Below, piece by piece: positions 1 to 12,500 of a stretch of DNA of 20,000 bases (its first letter is position 1; each line of letters opens with the position of its first letter). Location: the NCBI GenBank assembly GCA_010093705.1, contig MU006100.1, positions 772,644 through 792,643 on the forward strand, given 5' to 3'. Below the pieces are notes generated by a model, which saw only the letters and a list, made by a program, of their open reading frames with translations, ran no database searches and had not been told where the DNA came from. The DNA is from Patellaria atrata CBS 101060. Lineage: Eukaryota. Made by a program: the position numbers and the translations under genes.

Positions 1-150
1 ACTCGTGGCTTCACCGGATTCCAGGAGGTACTTGACAATATGGTGTCCCAACAGGCCACAACCCCCAATGACCAAAACAGATCCCAAGCTCATAATGATG
101 GTACTTTGTATAAATGGAAATACCACAGAGGAGGTATTTGGGGAAAGTGA
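1..150 (+). CDS. Possible 3' end of a gene entering from the left edge (unknown product)
   Basis: Frame 1 is open from base 1 to TGA 148-150 (TRGFTGFQEVLDNMVSQQ...YKWKYHRGGIWGK*) and is followed by AT-rich UTR-like DNA. No recognisable motif; could be chance. Confidence 0.3.
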   Translation, partial: TRGFTGFQEVLDNMVSQQATTPNDQNRSQAHNDGTLYKWKYHRGGIWGK

Positions 151-660
151 AGTTTTTGTAATGTAGAGAGATAATTACTAGGATGGTTATACAGCCCAAC
201 AAGTAGGATTCAGGCGCCCAGCGCTAGCGTACTGATTTTGACACTTCAAAAGCTAATTTTAGTAATATCATTGTAAAATCTAACCTAGTATCAACATATA
301 TCTTTTACGTTTACTCGCTAACTAGCTAACCGTGAAGTTAGAGCCCCTACCTAGAGAAGTCAGCCTCGTGTCTATTTTTCATACATTTTGTTGTTAAGTA
401 AGATACCAGTTTGAATTCAAGGTCGCTCATCTGTTTTCAACGTTAAGTTCGGAATTGAAATAGAAGGCCATTAGGGACTAAACTTAAGAATAAAGTATAC
501 CGTTTCCCAAGTATTTAAATACTCGGCCGCGATACGCCGAGCTCAAAGCAGTATCCGGTTCTACTCTGCTGCAGAGGTTGCTATATAAACCCGACACGAC
601 TACAGTACAGCTCCTTACTAGAGAATACAAATTTCCCTAGAAATTTACTTAGCGCAGATG

Positions 661-2439
661 CTATTCTCGTACTTTGATACGACATGGAAAACCGTCCGCC
701 GGATGCGCTCCGCCATTCCCGATCTGATACGCCCGCTCTCCGTCAAAAGTCTGATACCGTTTTTGGGGGTATTTGAGATCCCATTCCTCGTACGCATCCG
801 TCACATCAAAGAGTCTAACCGTCATTGCCAGGGTAATTCTGAGGTCGAGCATGGATAATGTTTGACCCAGACAGTCCCGCTTTCCAAATTCAAAGGGTCT
901 CCAGGCGCCTTTAACAGGATATAACTCATCGTCAGGGCCAACTAAGAACCTCTCGGGGAGGAATGATTTTGGCTCCTTCCAATATTTCGGATTGCGGTGA
1001 AGGGTCCCGTGTAAGACCCATACCATCGTTCCCTCGGTCGGATACCTGTTTCCTTCGTCATCCTCAAGATACACACCAGGTGCTCCGGAACGCATCCCTC
1101 CTGCTGGTGGGAACAGTCGCAATGTCTCCTTTAAAACGGCGTTGGTATAAGGAAGTTGGTTGAGAAGTTGGGGTTGTTCTCTTAGCAGCCGTGGAGTGTC
1201 TGAACGGTCTTTGCCAAAGACTCGATCGTGCTCGTCACGAAGTTTCTTAAGCGCAGATGGATTTTTCGAAAGTAGATAGAAGCAGTAGCAAATTGTTGGG
1301 GAAGTTGAATCATGTCCGACAAAGAAGAAGAGTCTCAGTTGAGTGATTGCCCACTTCTTGAAGTTAGGGTCAAGTTTGTTCTCGAAAGTTGTTCGCCCAC
1401 TCATATAGTCAGCCAATGCCAAATCTATGGCAGCCCGGTTCGCTTGAGAAGCGCTCTTGTCACGTTTGCGCTCCTCGTAGCGCTTATCAAGCACTGCAGA
1501 AACGTACTGATCCATCTGGTATCCGTTATACCAAGAAATTAAACGAATCAGTGGACTCCATCGAACAAGCGGACTCTTCAGCTCGCCTAGAAAATGCCAT
1601 CCCAGAGTGTGCTTTAAGGCGGAGGCTAAGGGGTTCTTCTTCCCTTGTTGGCAATGCATTCTCGTGTTTCTAATGTAGTTTAATCAGAGATTTTCTAAAA
1701 AGTTGTGACGGTGAAAGCATACAATGTCATCGCACCACTGATATCCCTAGTATAGTTAAGTGTGACTTCATCCAATTGAAACATTACGCGTTTTTCTGCA
1801 TATCCACGAAGCACATCCACATAGACCTCTGCTTCTTGCACGATGTGTGCTGTTTGGTTTAAGATATAGCTAGAGTTGAATCCGGATGAGAAAAGTGATC
1901 TGCTATGTTTTGAGTCCTCACCATTCATAGTGAAAATGCTGTTTCCTCCAGCTATTGGATGAAGGAATGGTACGAGATCTTCCGGTTTACCAAGATCGTA
2001 TTGCTGACAAGCTTGGATTGCGTATTTTGGCGAGGATACAATAAGCAGTGGTTTTATGAATGGCCATAAATCCACGTAGAAGAGGGAGTTAGATTTCTGA
2101 AAATTGGGGGAAAGCGACCGGAATATGTCTGGACGTTGAATGTCCGGTGGAAGTTTGTTTGTGCTGTACGTGTCGTTTACGAAGAGTAGATGGCCAAAGA
2201 TGGGATTCCACTTTGGCATTGGCTTATAGGAAGGTAATTAGTATAATTGAGAAAAAAAGAGAGCGCACAGTTTCACGTTAGACTGTATAATTACGCACCA
2301 TGCCTTGCTTTACTTTCTTGTAGAAGTCAGAACGTGCTGCGTAGACCTTCGCAATTACGCTGATGAGAGCAACGCCGCAAATGGCGGCCAAGGCGAAGAG
2401 AACGCTATGTGCTGTAACCATGACTTTGTGAACTGCCAT
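661..2439 (-). CDS. Cytochrome P450 monooxygenase, StcS/VerA(AflN)-like; 3 exons, ~549 aa
   Basis: Exons 2439-2299, 2222-1723, 1669-661; GT-AG introns 2298-2223 (76 bp) and 1722-1670 (53 bp); 1650 nt in frame. N-terminal anchor VLFALAAICGVALISVIA, Pro hinge PMPKWNPIFGHL, I-helix FFFVGHDST, ETLR, PERF, heme motif FEFGKRDCLG, C-terminal GGAHPADGFPCRI. Alternative start at 2421. Subfamily recalled from motifs. Confidence 0.93.
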
Positions 2440-3140
2440 ATTGATGATTATGAGGGGACAAATTAATTTCTTAGACAAGGCAAAAGAGAAAAAAAAAGTG
2501 TCAAGACGGTGAAGTAGCTCTCGACAAAGTACTACGGATTCAGGTTACACAGGTAGTGGGGAGGAGGTTTGGGGGCGGAACAATCATCAAGCAACCCGAG
2601 ACAATCAAGAAATTATCGTATGCAGCAGAATACACTTGGAAATACATTTCGAATATACTGAATATAAGGTGAAAATGTTGATGGAATGTTAAGTAGTATA
2701 TCGAACTTGGGGCCTTAGAATTAGAACTAAGCTAGTCCTGATAAGGTATGTCGCTGTACACCTCAGTACCTTAATAATCTACATCCATGTTTCCTTCAGG
2801 TTATTTGATACCTCATCCCCCCCAGTAAATTCCAACAATGCAGGTAATCTATTAAGCGCCGTCGGGTCCCGTAACATCATCCATGAATTCATCCATGATA
2901 CCATCCATCTGGATGATACCACCACACCTTAAACTACACCCCATGTCTTATTAGAACTATATGTTGCCTTATCAACAGTCCTTCCCTATTAGCTTAGAAT
3001 CTACACTTTAGTCTCCGAGGACTCGTTTCCCTCATCTGCCCTCCAATTATTTTCTATTTATTCACAAGTGTAAAAAACAGTTCAGTGAGTAAGTAATCAT
3101 ACCCATCCCCTTTACGCACCAGGAGTGACACTTAGTTCCA

Positions 3141-4539
3141 TTAGAGCGATGACTTTCTTGTCGACGGCCTGGACAGGTCATTTGGCCTTGTGATAAAGCT
3201 GTCTTTCGTAGTGAAGCTGTCTTTAGCGGTGGATATAAAGCTGTCCTTGGTGGTAGAGCTCTCCTTCGTCATATAGCTGTCCTTCGTGATACAACTATCA
3301 GGCTCGCTGATCTGGGTCTTCGTCTCCGAAACTAACCCTTGTGCAGCCAAACTACCCTCATAATTGGTCCGATTGTTCCGACGTATGAAGGTCCAAACAC
3401 CCGTCATTGTAGCTCGTGGGATCTCGGGTAAATTCATCTCCGTGTCTTCGTCTTGCCTTCGGCGTCTGAAGTAGTTGAAGCTGTACGACGGTCTTTTCAC
3501 CCGTTCCTCATATCTTTGTCGCTCTCTGTATAGGACGAAAAACGTCCTGTATGCTGTGAGAGAGGCCATCAATATGGCGACAGCTGATTCAAGGTACTGC
3601 CAAAACATTTCGTACGGAATATCAATCGCTTTGTGGCCGTGCATCTTGCTTACTCGGGCGATGGCTAGAACTACCATGACAAGCGAAAGACTGAGAAAGA
3701 CCCCCACGGCCGCCTTTTGCGCCGTTCGTATCTGAGATCGATGTAGCACAATTATAGGAATGCTCACGACTGGTTTTATTAGCATTGAATCAGCCTATGA
3801 GAGAAATTGGGGCCTTTACGAAGCAAATCCGTTACGATATCCAAACCTGTTACCAATCCAGTCAAAGAATAGTAGAGCTTGCTATCAAAATTTTGGGCGC
3901 ATTCCACTGTTTTTCGTCAGTCCAATCTTTTTGACACCATTTAAGGGTAAATTCACTGGATTTTAGACCAACATGCGGGCAAAGAATATGTGGTTCTCCA
4001 ATCACAAACACCCAAGAGATAATAGTAAGGCCGACAACAAACCAGTAGTACTGATGGATGCGATTGACTGATTGAATGAGCCGCCTGAAAAATGCGAGAA
4101 ATGAAAGTTTCACGGAGAAAGTTGCAGTCCACAATAAGCTAAGGGCAATCTTGTTGTAAGTGTTGAACTCTTTTAATGCTGTGAACATTCTCTCTGCGCC
4201 AGCGGAAAACGCTAGTTCAGGACGGATCCAGATCCCCTGGGTCAAGTACATGTTGTCGAAGTTCCTGTATATGAGTCCAGTGGCGGCGATAAGACATGCA
4301 CACCCGAAGAACACCAGATAATCGTCTAGAGCGACGGCGGGACGAGACTTGAACCGGATTATAGCTCTACCGGTGACGGAGATGACAGAAAGACCGAAGA
4401 ATACGCCAGCAACGACCTGAATAAGTATCAGCAGGGATTCTCATTTGACAATGTGCATCTCCATTACCTCGAAAGTCTTCATCTTAATGCTTGCCAACTT
4501 ATCCATCTCCCCCATTATATCTGTAGACTGAGAGGACAT
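3141..4539 (-). CDS. PTH11/SAT4-like (fungal rhodopsin-domain) integral membrane protein without CFEM; 4 exons, ~415 aa
   Basis: Exons 4539-4468, 4416-3957, 3906-3820, 3769-3141; GT-AG introns of 51, 50 and 50 bp; 1248 nt in frame. Family-typical segments: R..IRF..R..LDDYL, LWTATFSVKLSFLAFFRRL, LDIVTDLLLVSIPIIVL, QK.AV..FLSLSL, WQYLESAVAILMASL; about seven hydrophobic stretches and a polar tail. Confidence 0.88.
3190..3303 (-). repeat. Coding minisatellite, six degenerate 18-bp units (KDSxxT hexapeptide)
   Basis: + strand units gtgataaagctgtctttc / gtagtgaagctgtcttta / (gcggtg) / gatataaagctgtccttg / gtggtagagctctccttc / gtcatatagctgtccttc / gtgatacaactatcaggc; protein PDSCITKDSYMTKESSTTKDSFISTAKDSFTTKDSFIT. 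Confidence 0.85.
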
Positions 4540-6908
4540 GATCGACACGATTTCCCGTGATTAACAGTACAAAAACAAAAATTCAAAGACACGCAAAAAG
4601 GTAGTAGAGGTAGTTCATCAACTCATAACGAGCTATGGCGAGGAGGGGATGAAGTTGATAAAATAGTGGGTGAAATTCTGATTTTAAGTCAGCTTAAAGT
4701 AGTGAGGAACATTAACTAGGTTCTGGGCTCTTTAGGTCACTTGAGGTTACATTGAAGGTACGATAAACCGAACAGCCCCGGTTCGTGGTATCAATGCCCT
4801 ATTTTTATACATCAAATACATTCCGGACTATGTAAGAGCTAGTGCAATCAACTTGATAGTGATCAAGATCTCGACCAATTCTCCCCCCTTGTCAATCTTG
4901 TTCAATGAGCCGAGGGATGCTAAACCATGGGGAAGACAGAAGTCGAAACTTCGGCAAGATATCGCATGAAATATCAAATAGATGCTCAAAGTTGCTCCCG
5001 GATGGGTTGCTCAGCTGCGGTAATCTTCAATTGTTAACTAAAAACTTATCCAGTTACTATTCTCCAGACAGAGATTGACCTTTTTTACTTTGTTTCGCTA
5101 TATAGTGAAGAAACCGGAAATACTCTGGACTGACAAATAGTGTTCTTGGTCTCACGTTCCGTTATCCCTTTGGAATTTTCGGCTGAAAGTCTGCGGCATG
5201 GCTTTCAGTCGTGTAACGATAAGCTTTGACTAGGGTTCGAAGGGTCAACGTGGATCGGTGGTGGTCAAGTGTTGGATTTGAAGATCTCCACTATGGGGTA
5301 GTTAGCGAGGTTCAAGTATGAACTCCATTATACACCGGATCCGGCCAATCGTATGACTTTTAGTCAGAGTAAAAGATGTTGGTATTCCTCATGGTTCTAT
5401 ATTCTGGAGCAACTTAATACTGAAGCGGATATATCAATACCAATTAGTTCAGGACCAAACGGTTGAGTCTTGTAAAGGGCCGTTCCATACAGGATATTGA
5501 ATGAGAAAGATTCAGTCTATAGGGATCTTGTCCCTAACAAAGACGGCGTGAATAATCTTCATCATCTCGACTCTCAATTTTAGACAAACGATTCAAGTCC
5601 GGCAGTTACATGGAAGTATTGAAGCCTGCAGGATCGGAAGTGCGCACAGTTTCTGGAAACTCTCAATCAGCTTTGGTTGTCAAAACTTTCCGCCCCAGGT
5701 ATGCGACGAAAATTCAATAATTCCCGGAAAATACCTCCATGCAGGTCTTTCCAACAGGCTCGATTCTGGTGTTTACCTGGCCTAAGAATACCCCGCCATC
5801 CGAATCCAGTAGAGTTGCTTAACCACCTACTCTAAATGAAGGTGTAGCTGATAGTTATCAGGCTGAGCTACCAATGGAAGGGAGGACGGAAGCTTTGTGT
5901 CAGGATGTCACTCGAACCAACAGAGCACTTTAAGTTGCACGCATATGATATGATATGATATGGCTGGGAGTTGCACCTGTCGTGTCACCCGATAAGGAAG
6001 AAAAGATGGTGTATTAGAAACAGTTGGCAGTGGATTAGGGCTAACATTTAAGTATCCGATGAAGTGGAAAGTAAGGTAGGGTAGCAGTAAGGTGGAGAAG
6101 TTGTGCTGGCGCTAAACCTGGTTGCTGGACGCTAAAGCAAACCTGGCACTTGGGCTGAGGTGTAAATTGGGACGAGATGACGATCGCGCTAATCCGTTCT
6201 CAGTCATAGTTATACGCTCGGCAGCGGCCCGCTAACGTTGCCGCCCGCTCGGCAGCTACCGGTACACCTTGTACCGCAGAAGAACTACTACGAAAGTTAG
6301 AACTACAGCCTCACACCAACATCATATCATTATCATTTGAGACTGCTTTTCCCTAATAACACGATAATGTTACCCTGGAACCCGGGTTAGGCCTAATCGC
6401 CAAAGACACTATCCTTGCCTCATTTGTTGTGATGAAACTTAGTCAACAGCCAGAATTAGCCAATCTCTGTCACTTCTTGTCTTCATCTTCTGAAATCCAA
6501 CGGGCTGTGGTTCCTGCTGTAGCATCGATACAGAAGTCTACATGGTACTTAATGCGAATCACTCATATGATGTTGGCCGGCGGTATCTCCTTTTGAGGAA
6601 GATGATACGAGAGACAAGATTGTGCCTTGTTGAGCAATCATGAACCCCGACATTGTAAGTCTAATATTGGAGTCTACAATTGTCTCCTTTGCGAAGACCA
6701 TGAGTGCGCCACTGTCAGCATTTCATAATATACGAAAATATGGCGGATAGTCGAGGTGATGTCGGGCAAAGGAACGGACTTGGGCTACTGGCTTAGAAAG
6801 GAGGCCAGTATATATAGCCATCAGTCCGTGTCAATCTATCAGCAACAGTCAATTGGTTTCTTCTAAGTGTTATTACTGAACCCCAACCCTCATATTCACC
6901 GTCACACA
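4540..6908. promoter_or_regulatory. Divergent intergenic/promoter region between the membrane-protein gene and the second P450
   Basis: 2.37 kb between head-to-head ATGs (4539 on -, 6909 on +) with no credible ORF; contains a CGG/CCG-rich island at 6215-6262. Confidence 0.6.
5943..5962 (+). repeat. (ATATG)4 microsatellite
   Basis: atatgatatgatatgatatg read directly. Confidence 0.85.
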
Positions 6909-8871
6909 ATGGATTTCCCAAGTTCCATTGATGTGAATCTTCCCCTGGGGCGATTCCCATCATTGTGGTCCACATGGTTGGACTTGAACGACAATGTTCG
7001 AGCAATCTTGGGGATTGGGTGCTTGATTCTCATTCCAATTATAATGAACTATGCTATTGCCTGGGCCATGTACCATTGGCAACACTGGAACGTCGATGAG
7101 CAGCAGATCCCTCCAGAATACCCTTCATTCATACCGTACATCGGCAACATCATTCCTTTCATTTTTGATGGGAAAAACTTCGTTCAAAGAGTGACGTAAG
7201 TAGGAAGGCGTGCTTGCTTTAGAAACATGTTTAACGTCGATGCTAAAACTTGTCCAGATCATACGCAGGCAGAGTCACCTCTACCAGGTTAAACGTGTTA
7301 GGGCAGGAGATCTACATATTCCAAGAGCCGGAAACACTTGCAGCATTGTGGAAGTCGCCAGTATTGTCCAGTCCCATCCAATCGTATGTGTTTGCGCTCA
7401 AATACATTTGTGGAATGCAAGAGAAAGCACTCTCGCCTTACCGTGCAGACGATTCAGGGTCGTACCCAAAACCGTTTCCTGGGACTCAAGTCGAACCGCA
7501 TAATCGGGTGGACTACATCATTCATCAAGGGGTTCAAAGAGGCTTGGTAGGGCCTGGGTTGGTCCCGACAACCAGGCGTCTCACCAAAGCAGTTACCCGG
7601 AAAATTGAACATCTCCAAGTCTCCAAGGAGTGGACTGTGATACCAGATCTGTCCAGGTTCATGTATGACATTGTTGGAGTATCCATCATCGAATCTATAT
7701 GCGGCCCCTCATTGATGAGTATCAACCCCGCATTTGCCGACGACTTTTGGACTTATGATAAGAATGTTCCATGGCTTTCGAGGGGCATACCCTCTTTCGT
7801 TATCCCGAATGCATATCGAGTACGAGACCGTTTGATCGATCAGCTCAAAAATTGGCATTCATTTGCCAAATCGCATTTCACCGAGTCTGATATTGAAGAC
7901 GATGGTGACAGCGACCGTTTTTGGGGCTCTGAGATGATGAGATCGCGGCAAAAGACCCTTCGCCGAGTAGATGACCAGGATAATGATTCTATTGCTTCGA
8001 GTGATTTGGGCCTAATATGGGCGTAAGTCTTTCTACCTTCCGCCTCGTCATGTGCCACCTGAATCCGCTACTCGATCCAAACCCCACCCTGCGTCTAACT
8101 GTACCAACTGACATTTCTTTTCAGATCAGTTTCAAATATCCTTGGAGCATCAACGCTGGCTACAGCACACGTATTCAAGGATCGAAACCTCCTTAGCCGT
8201 GTCCGTGAAATTGCTCGGAATCATTCAGAAGATCAAGGCGAACATACTGAACTGGAATTGAAGCAGCTCCAAAAAGATCCATTACTCTCCTCTGTCTACG
8301 CCGAGGTGCTTCGTCTTTACAGCAAAGCTTTCATGATAGCGAAATCGCCACACGTGGACGTCTCACTTGGAAGATGGTGGTTTCCCAAAGACACGATGGG
8401 CCTTGCAAATTCTCATGTCTCGCATATGAATGATAATTTCTGGAATACCAAATGCGGGCTCTACCCCATTGATACATTCTGGGCTGATCGATTCGTGCAA
8501 GACCCAAGGGACCCTTCGAGCGGTCCGATGAGACCAGAGTTCCAAGGAAAGGAAAGGAAAGCACATAACGAACCATTCTTCTCGCTTAAGGGGCTTGAGG
8601 GAGCATGGATACCTTATGGAGGCGAGTAGTCCTTTTCATTCCATATGCAAAAGACTGTGCTTAACTGATCTGTTATACAGGTGGTCATAAACAATGTCCA
8701 GGCCGGTTTCTGGCCAAAGCGGTGGTTATCTCAACATGCATCCTACTGTCGCAAAGGTTTGATATTGAGATGCTTACAGAGTCTATGGAAATGAGTCCAT
8801 GGAAGTTTGGATTAGGGGTTCTCCGACCAAAGACAGAATTGCCGTTCAGAATCAGACGGAGAATGTCATGA
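6909..8871 (+). CDS. Cytochrome P450, CYP7/CYP8-like fungal type; 4 exons, ~579 aa
   Basis: Exons 6909-7195, 7258-8022, 8125-8621, 8681-8871; introns 7196-7257 and 8023-8124 (GT-AG) and 8622-8680 (GC-AG); 1740 nt in frame. TM anchor, PPEYPSFIPYIGN hinge, I-helix LIWASVSNILG, EVLR, WADRF meander, heme motif PYGGGHKQCPGR, C-terminal LPFRIRRR. Confidence 0.92.
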
Positions 8872-9559
8872 GGGGGGGGGGGATTAGAACTGGTGGTTCG
8901 CTTCAAACAAATAAGTAGTAGCTGTACTGTAAAACAACAACTACAAGATTTTCCAAATTTAGCTTCGTATACTGTATTTCGATGATCAGGTTGATTTCTA
9001 AAAGCCGTGAGATGGTGAAAACGTGGGAAGTCTCGTGGGGGCGAAAAGGGGGTCGTAAAGTTCTACCTTGGACCTTCGAGCTGCCCCCACATACAGACGA
9101 GAACGAGTTTCCTCCCATTTCTCCCGTTGAACCAACAGACAAACAACAAGATGCTGCTACAAGGGCTAGCGCGAGGCGCAACATTAGCATTATTGGATCT
9201 TCATCTTTTCTACAAATTTGGAACCTTGTGCTGACTGCTGATGATACCCCTCGTACATGTACAACAACCACCAACACGCTGGGGAAAGACCCCACAGTTC
9301 AAGTCTCCGAGCGCTCCAAGACCTTGATTTACCCACGCGCGGTCGCATTCATTTCCCAAAACGCGACGATGAATTCCATGTAGAATGTCTAGGGGGCACA
9401 GCTCATCTGGTTCTATGTTCATCGAGCCTCGATGCCTTCTCGTGTCACCCGAGAGAGTTGTTTGGGTCTGAGGCCTGGAAGTCTCAAGACTGACGAGCCT
9501 TATTACATGTCCTGTCGATGATCTAAAAGACATCAAACCTCCAAACTCGTTTCAAAGCA

Positions 9560-12500
9560 ATGGTTCAGCGCAATTCAAGCCCAGATACCGATAACAAAGA
9601 ACGTTGGACAGAGCATTCTTCGCCTTCAAATGGAGAACTGCTGGAAAAGCGCTGGGACGAGCAAACACCCGCCCTTGGGCTTTCATTCCGGAATCTCCAT
9701 GTTCATGGCTTCAATACCGCTGATCAATACCAGCAAACAGTCGCGTCCTATCTTCTGAAACTCCCGAGACTTGTAGTATCGCTTCTACGAAAAGGGCCCA
9801 AGGAAAGTGTACAAATACTCCAGGATTTCAATGGCATCTTGCGCAATGGCGAGATGTTGCTCGTACTTGGTAGACCTGGAAGTGGATGTACAACATTTCT
9901 GAAGACTTTAGCAGGAAACACTCATGGAATCAACATCCATCCCTCTTCTCAAATCAATTACCAAGGTAAGACTTTCAGATCTCAAAACCCATTTTCGCTT
10001 ATAGAGTCGAACTAAAGCTTAGTGATAGGAGTTTCGTATCAACAAATGCACCAAGATTTCAAGGGACAAAGCATCTATCTCGCAGAACTCGACGTCCACT
10101 TTCCAGAATTGACCCTTGGGCAAACACTCGCCTTTGCCGCTGGAACTCGCACGGGTCGTTCTCGTGACAATACCCCTTACGATATCGGTCATAATCTTGC
10201 GTCCTCATTCAACCTTGATAGGGCATTTGATACCAGAATTGGAAATGGAATGATTAGGGGAGTGAGTGGAGGCGAAAGAAAGAGGACTAGCATTGCGGAA
10301 GCATTCATAAGTGGCAGCCAGATTCAGTGTTGGGATAACAGTACGAGGGGACTTGATAGTTCAACAGCTCTAAGCTTTATCAAGCTCTTAAGAAGTTCTA
10401 CCAATGCGTCGAAATCCACTGTAGTAATGAGTATCTATCAAGCATCCGAACCAATGTATAAAGTAAGAATTCAACCTCTACCATCTTGCATCCCTCAATT
10501 AATCTTATTCGTAGCATTTTGACAAAGTCACTTTGTTATATGAAGGTCGCCAAATTTATTACGGGCATGTATCAAGTGCTGCAGAATACTTCATTGGGCT
10601 CGGTTTTGTGAGACCAAGTCGGGCAACAACGGCTGATTTTCTGACTTCAATAACCCATCCTGCTGAACGAATCGTCAAAAATGGGTACGAGATGCGTGTT
10701 CCTCGATTACCAGACGAGTTCGCGTCTCTTTGGAGGAGATCCGAACAAGCAAAGCTGCTCCTCGAAGACATTCATCTCTTCAACACACGATATCCGCCTA
10801 AAACAGTATCCATTCAAAATGGACTCAAGGGTGATTTTCGAACTATTGAGAAAAGCAGGTAAGGTTGGAGTGTAATCTAAGAAACAAGTAAGAATCGGTC
10901 TAATTCCATGAACTTAGTCTTCAGAGCTCCACGTTCCCGATTCCAATATACCTACAAATTGCGATTTGCATCAAAAGGGAGCTTCTCAGACTTCGAAACA
11001 ACTATCCCCCAGTTGTCGCAGGTGTTGTTGGAAATACTATAGTAGCAGTGATCCTTGGTAGCATCTTTTACCAGTTAGAAGAGAACACGGGAAGTTTCGA
11101 GCAACGCGCTATGCTGATATTTTTCGCTATCATGATGAATGCCCTTACTCCTGCGTTCGAGGTTAGTCCTTTTACTCTCTTCACTCCAGAATTCCTCCCC
11201 AAACGTTGCTAATCCGCGTTCAAGGTACTCACGATATGGGCACAAAGGCCCATTGTAGAAAAGCACAACCAGTACACCTTTTATCATCCTTTTGCGGACG
11301 CCTGCGCGTCGGTGCTTTGTGATCTACCTAATAAGATCATTACTTCAGTAACCTTCAATTCAGTACTCTATTTTATGACAAATCTTCGGAAATCAGCTCC
11401 GGCATTTTTTATATTCTACTTTTTCAGTCTTGTGACAATTCTATCAATGTCAATGTTTTTTCGAATGGTTGGATCCCTCTCCAGAACGAGCGAGCAAACT
11501 ATGGCCCCAGTCTCTATTATGATTTTGATTTATGTCACGTACGCTGGATACGTGATTCCGTTAGATCATATGACAAATTGGCTTCAATGGCTCCGATGGA
11601 TCAACCCAATAGCTTACGCATACGAAAGTTTAATGATTAATGAGGTTTGTTAAAGTATGCCCAAGTACAATGTGCGTTTTTACTCATTCTGCTAGTTTGA
11701 TCATCGCGAGTTCTTCTGTTCATCTCTAGTACCGACTGGTTCACCTTATAGTCAAAATGGAATGGAAGGGAAAGTATGTGCCGTGGTTGGAGCACTATCT
11801 GGAGAACAACTTGTGAGAGGGTCAGCATATATCAAACTTAAATATGGATTTACGTCAACTCATCTATGGAGGTAATGTTCAATGTTCCGACCTAAATCCC
11901 TTGCTGATATTTCAGAAATCTTATCATCCTTTTCGCAATGACCATAATCTTTGGTGCAGTGCACTTGCTGGCCGCAGAATACATCCCCGCCGCACGATCG
12001 AAAGGGGAGATACTGCTTTTTCGGAGAGGCAAAACTACAGTCAAAACAGTCAAAGATGACGTGGAGAAGGTCGTAGTTTCTAGTTTTCCCAAGGATACGA
12101 GTCTAGCGATAGCGAAGCGGGAGAGTAACGATGACACGCTAAGAACTGGAAAGTCAAGTCTAGCGACGCAGTCAGAAGTGTTCCTTTGGCACAAGGTTAA
12201 TTACGAGATCAAGTCCAAACGAGGAGTGAAGAAAATACTGAGCGAGGTAGATGGATGGGTAAAACCAGGAACTCTCACAGCACTAATGGTTCGTATAATG
12301 ACTATACCACCCCCCAAGTGATTGATGGCTTACGAGATATCTAAGGGTGCTACTGGAGCTGGAAAGACATCACTTTTGGACGTCTTAGCGGACAGGGTTT
12401 CTATTGGCATTGTGAGCGGCGAGATTTACGTCGGCGGAAGGCCACGTGACAAGAGCTTTCAGCGAAAGACAGGCTATGTACAACAGGATGACATACACCT

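Noticed and set aside
658..1673. + strand ORFs 658-858, 963-1163, 1312-1542, 1389-1673
   Set aside because: Antisense shadows of the P450 coding exon with no motifs.
2876..2930. Repeated catccat/gatacc words between the first two genes
   Set aside because: Short low-complexity repeats with irregular spacing; not CRISPR-like and no functional support.
3475..3966. + strand ORFs 3475-3735 and 3760-3966
   Set aside because: Antisense to the membrane-protein exons.
4760..5900. Scattered CCGG/CGGAA words as a regulator motif
   Set aside because: No consistent spacing or flanks; cannot be distinguished from background by eye.
8872..8882. G11 run right after the P450 stop as a G-quadruplex
   Set aside because: Single homopolymer without further nearby G-tracts; length may be a sequencing artefact.
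8903..9536. Overlapping ORFs of 78-133 aa between the P450 and ABC genes
   Set aside because: Mutually overlapping on both strands, no domain features, and they occupy the expected terminator/promoter space.
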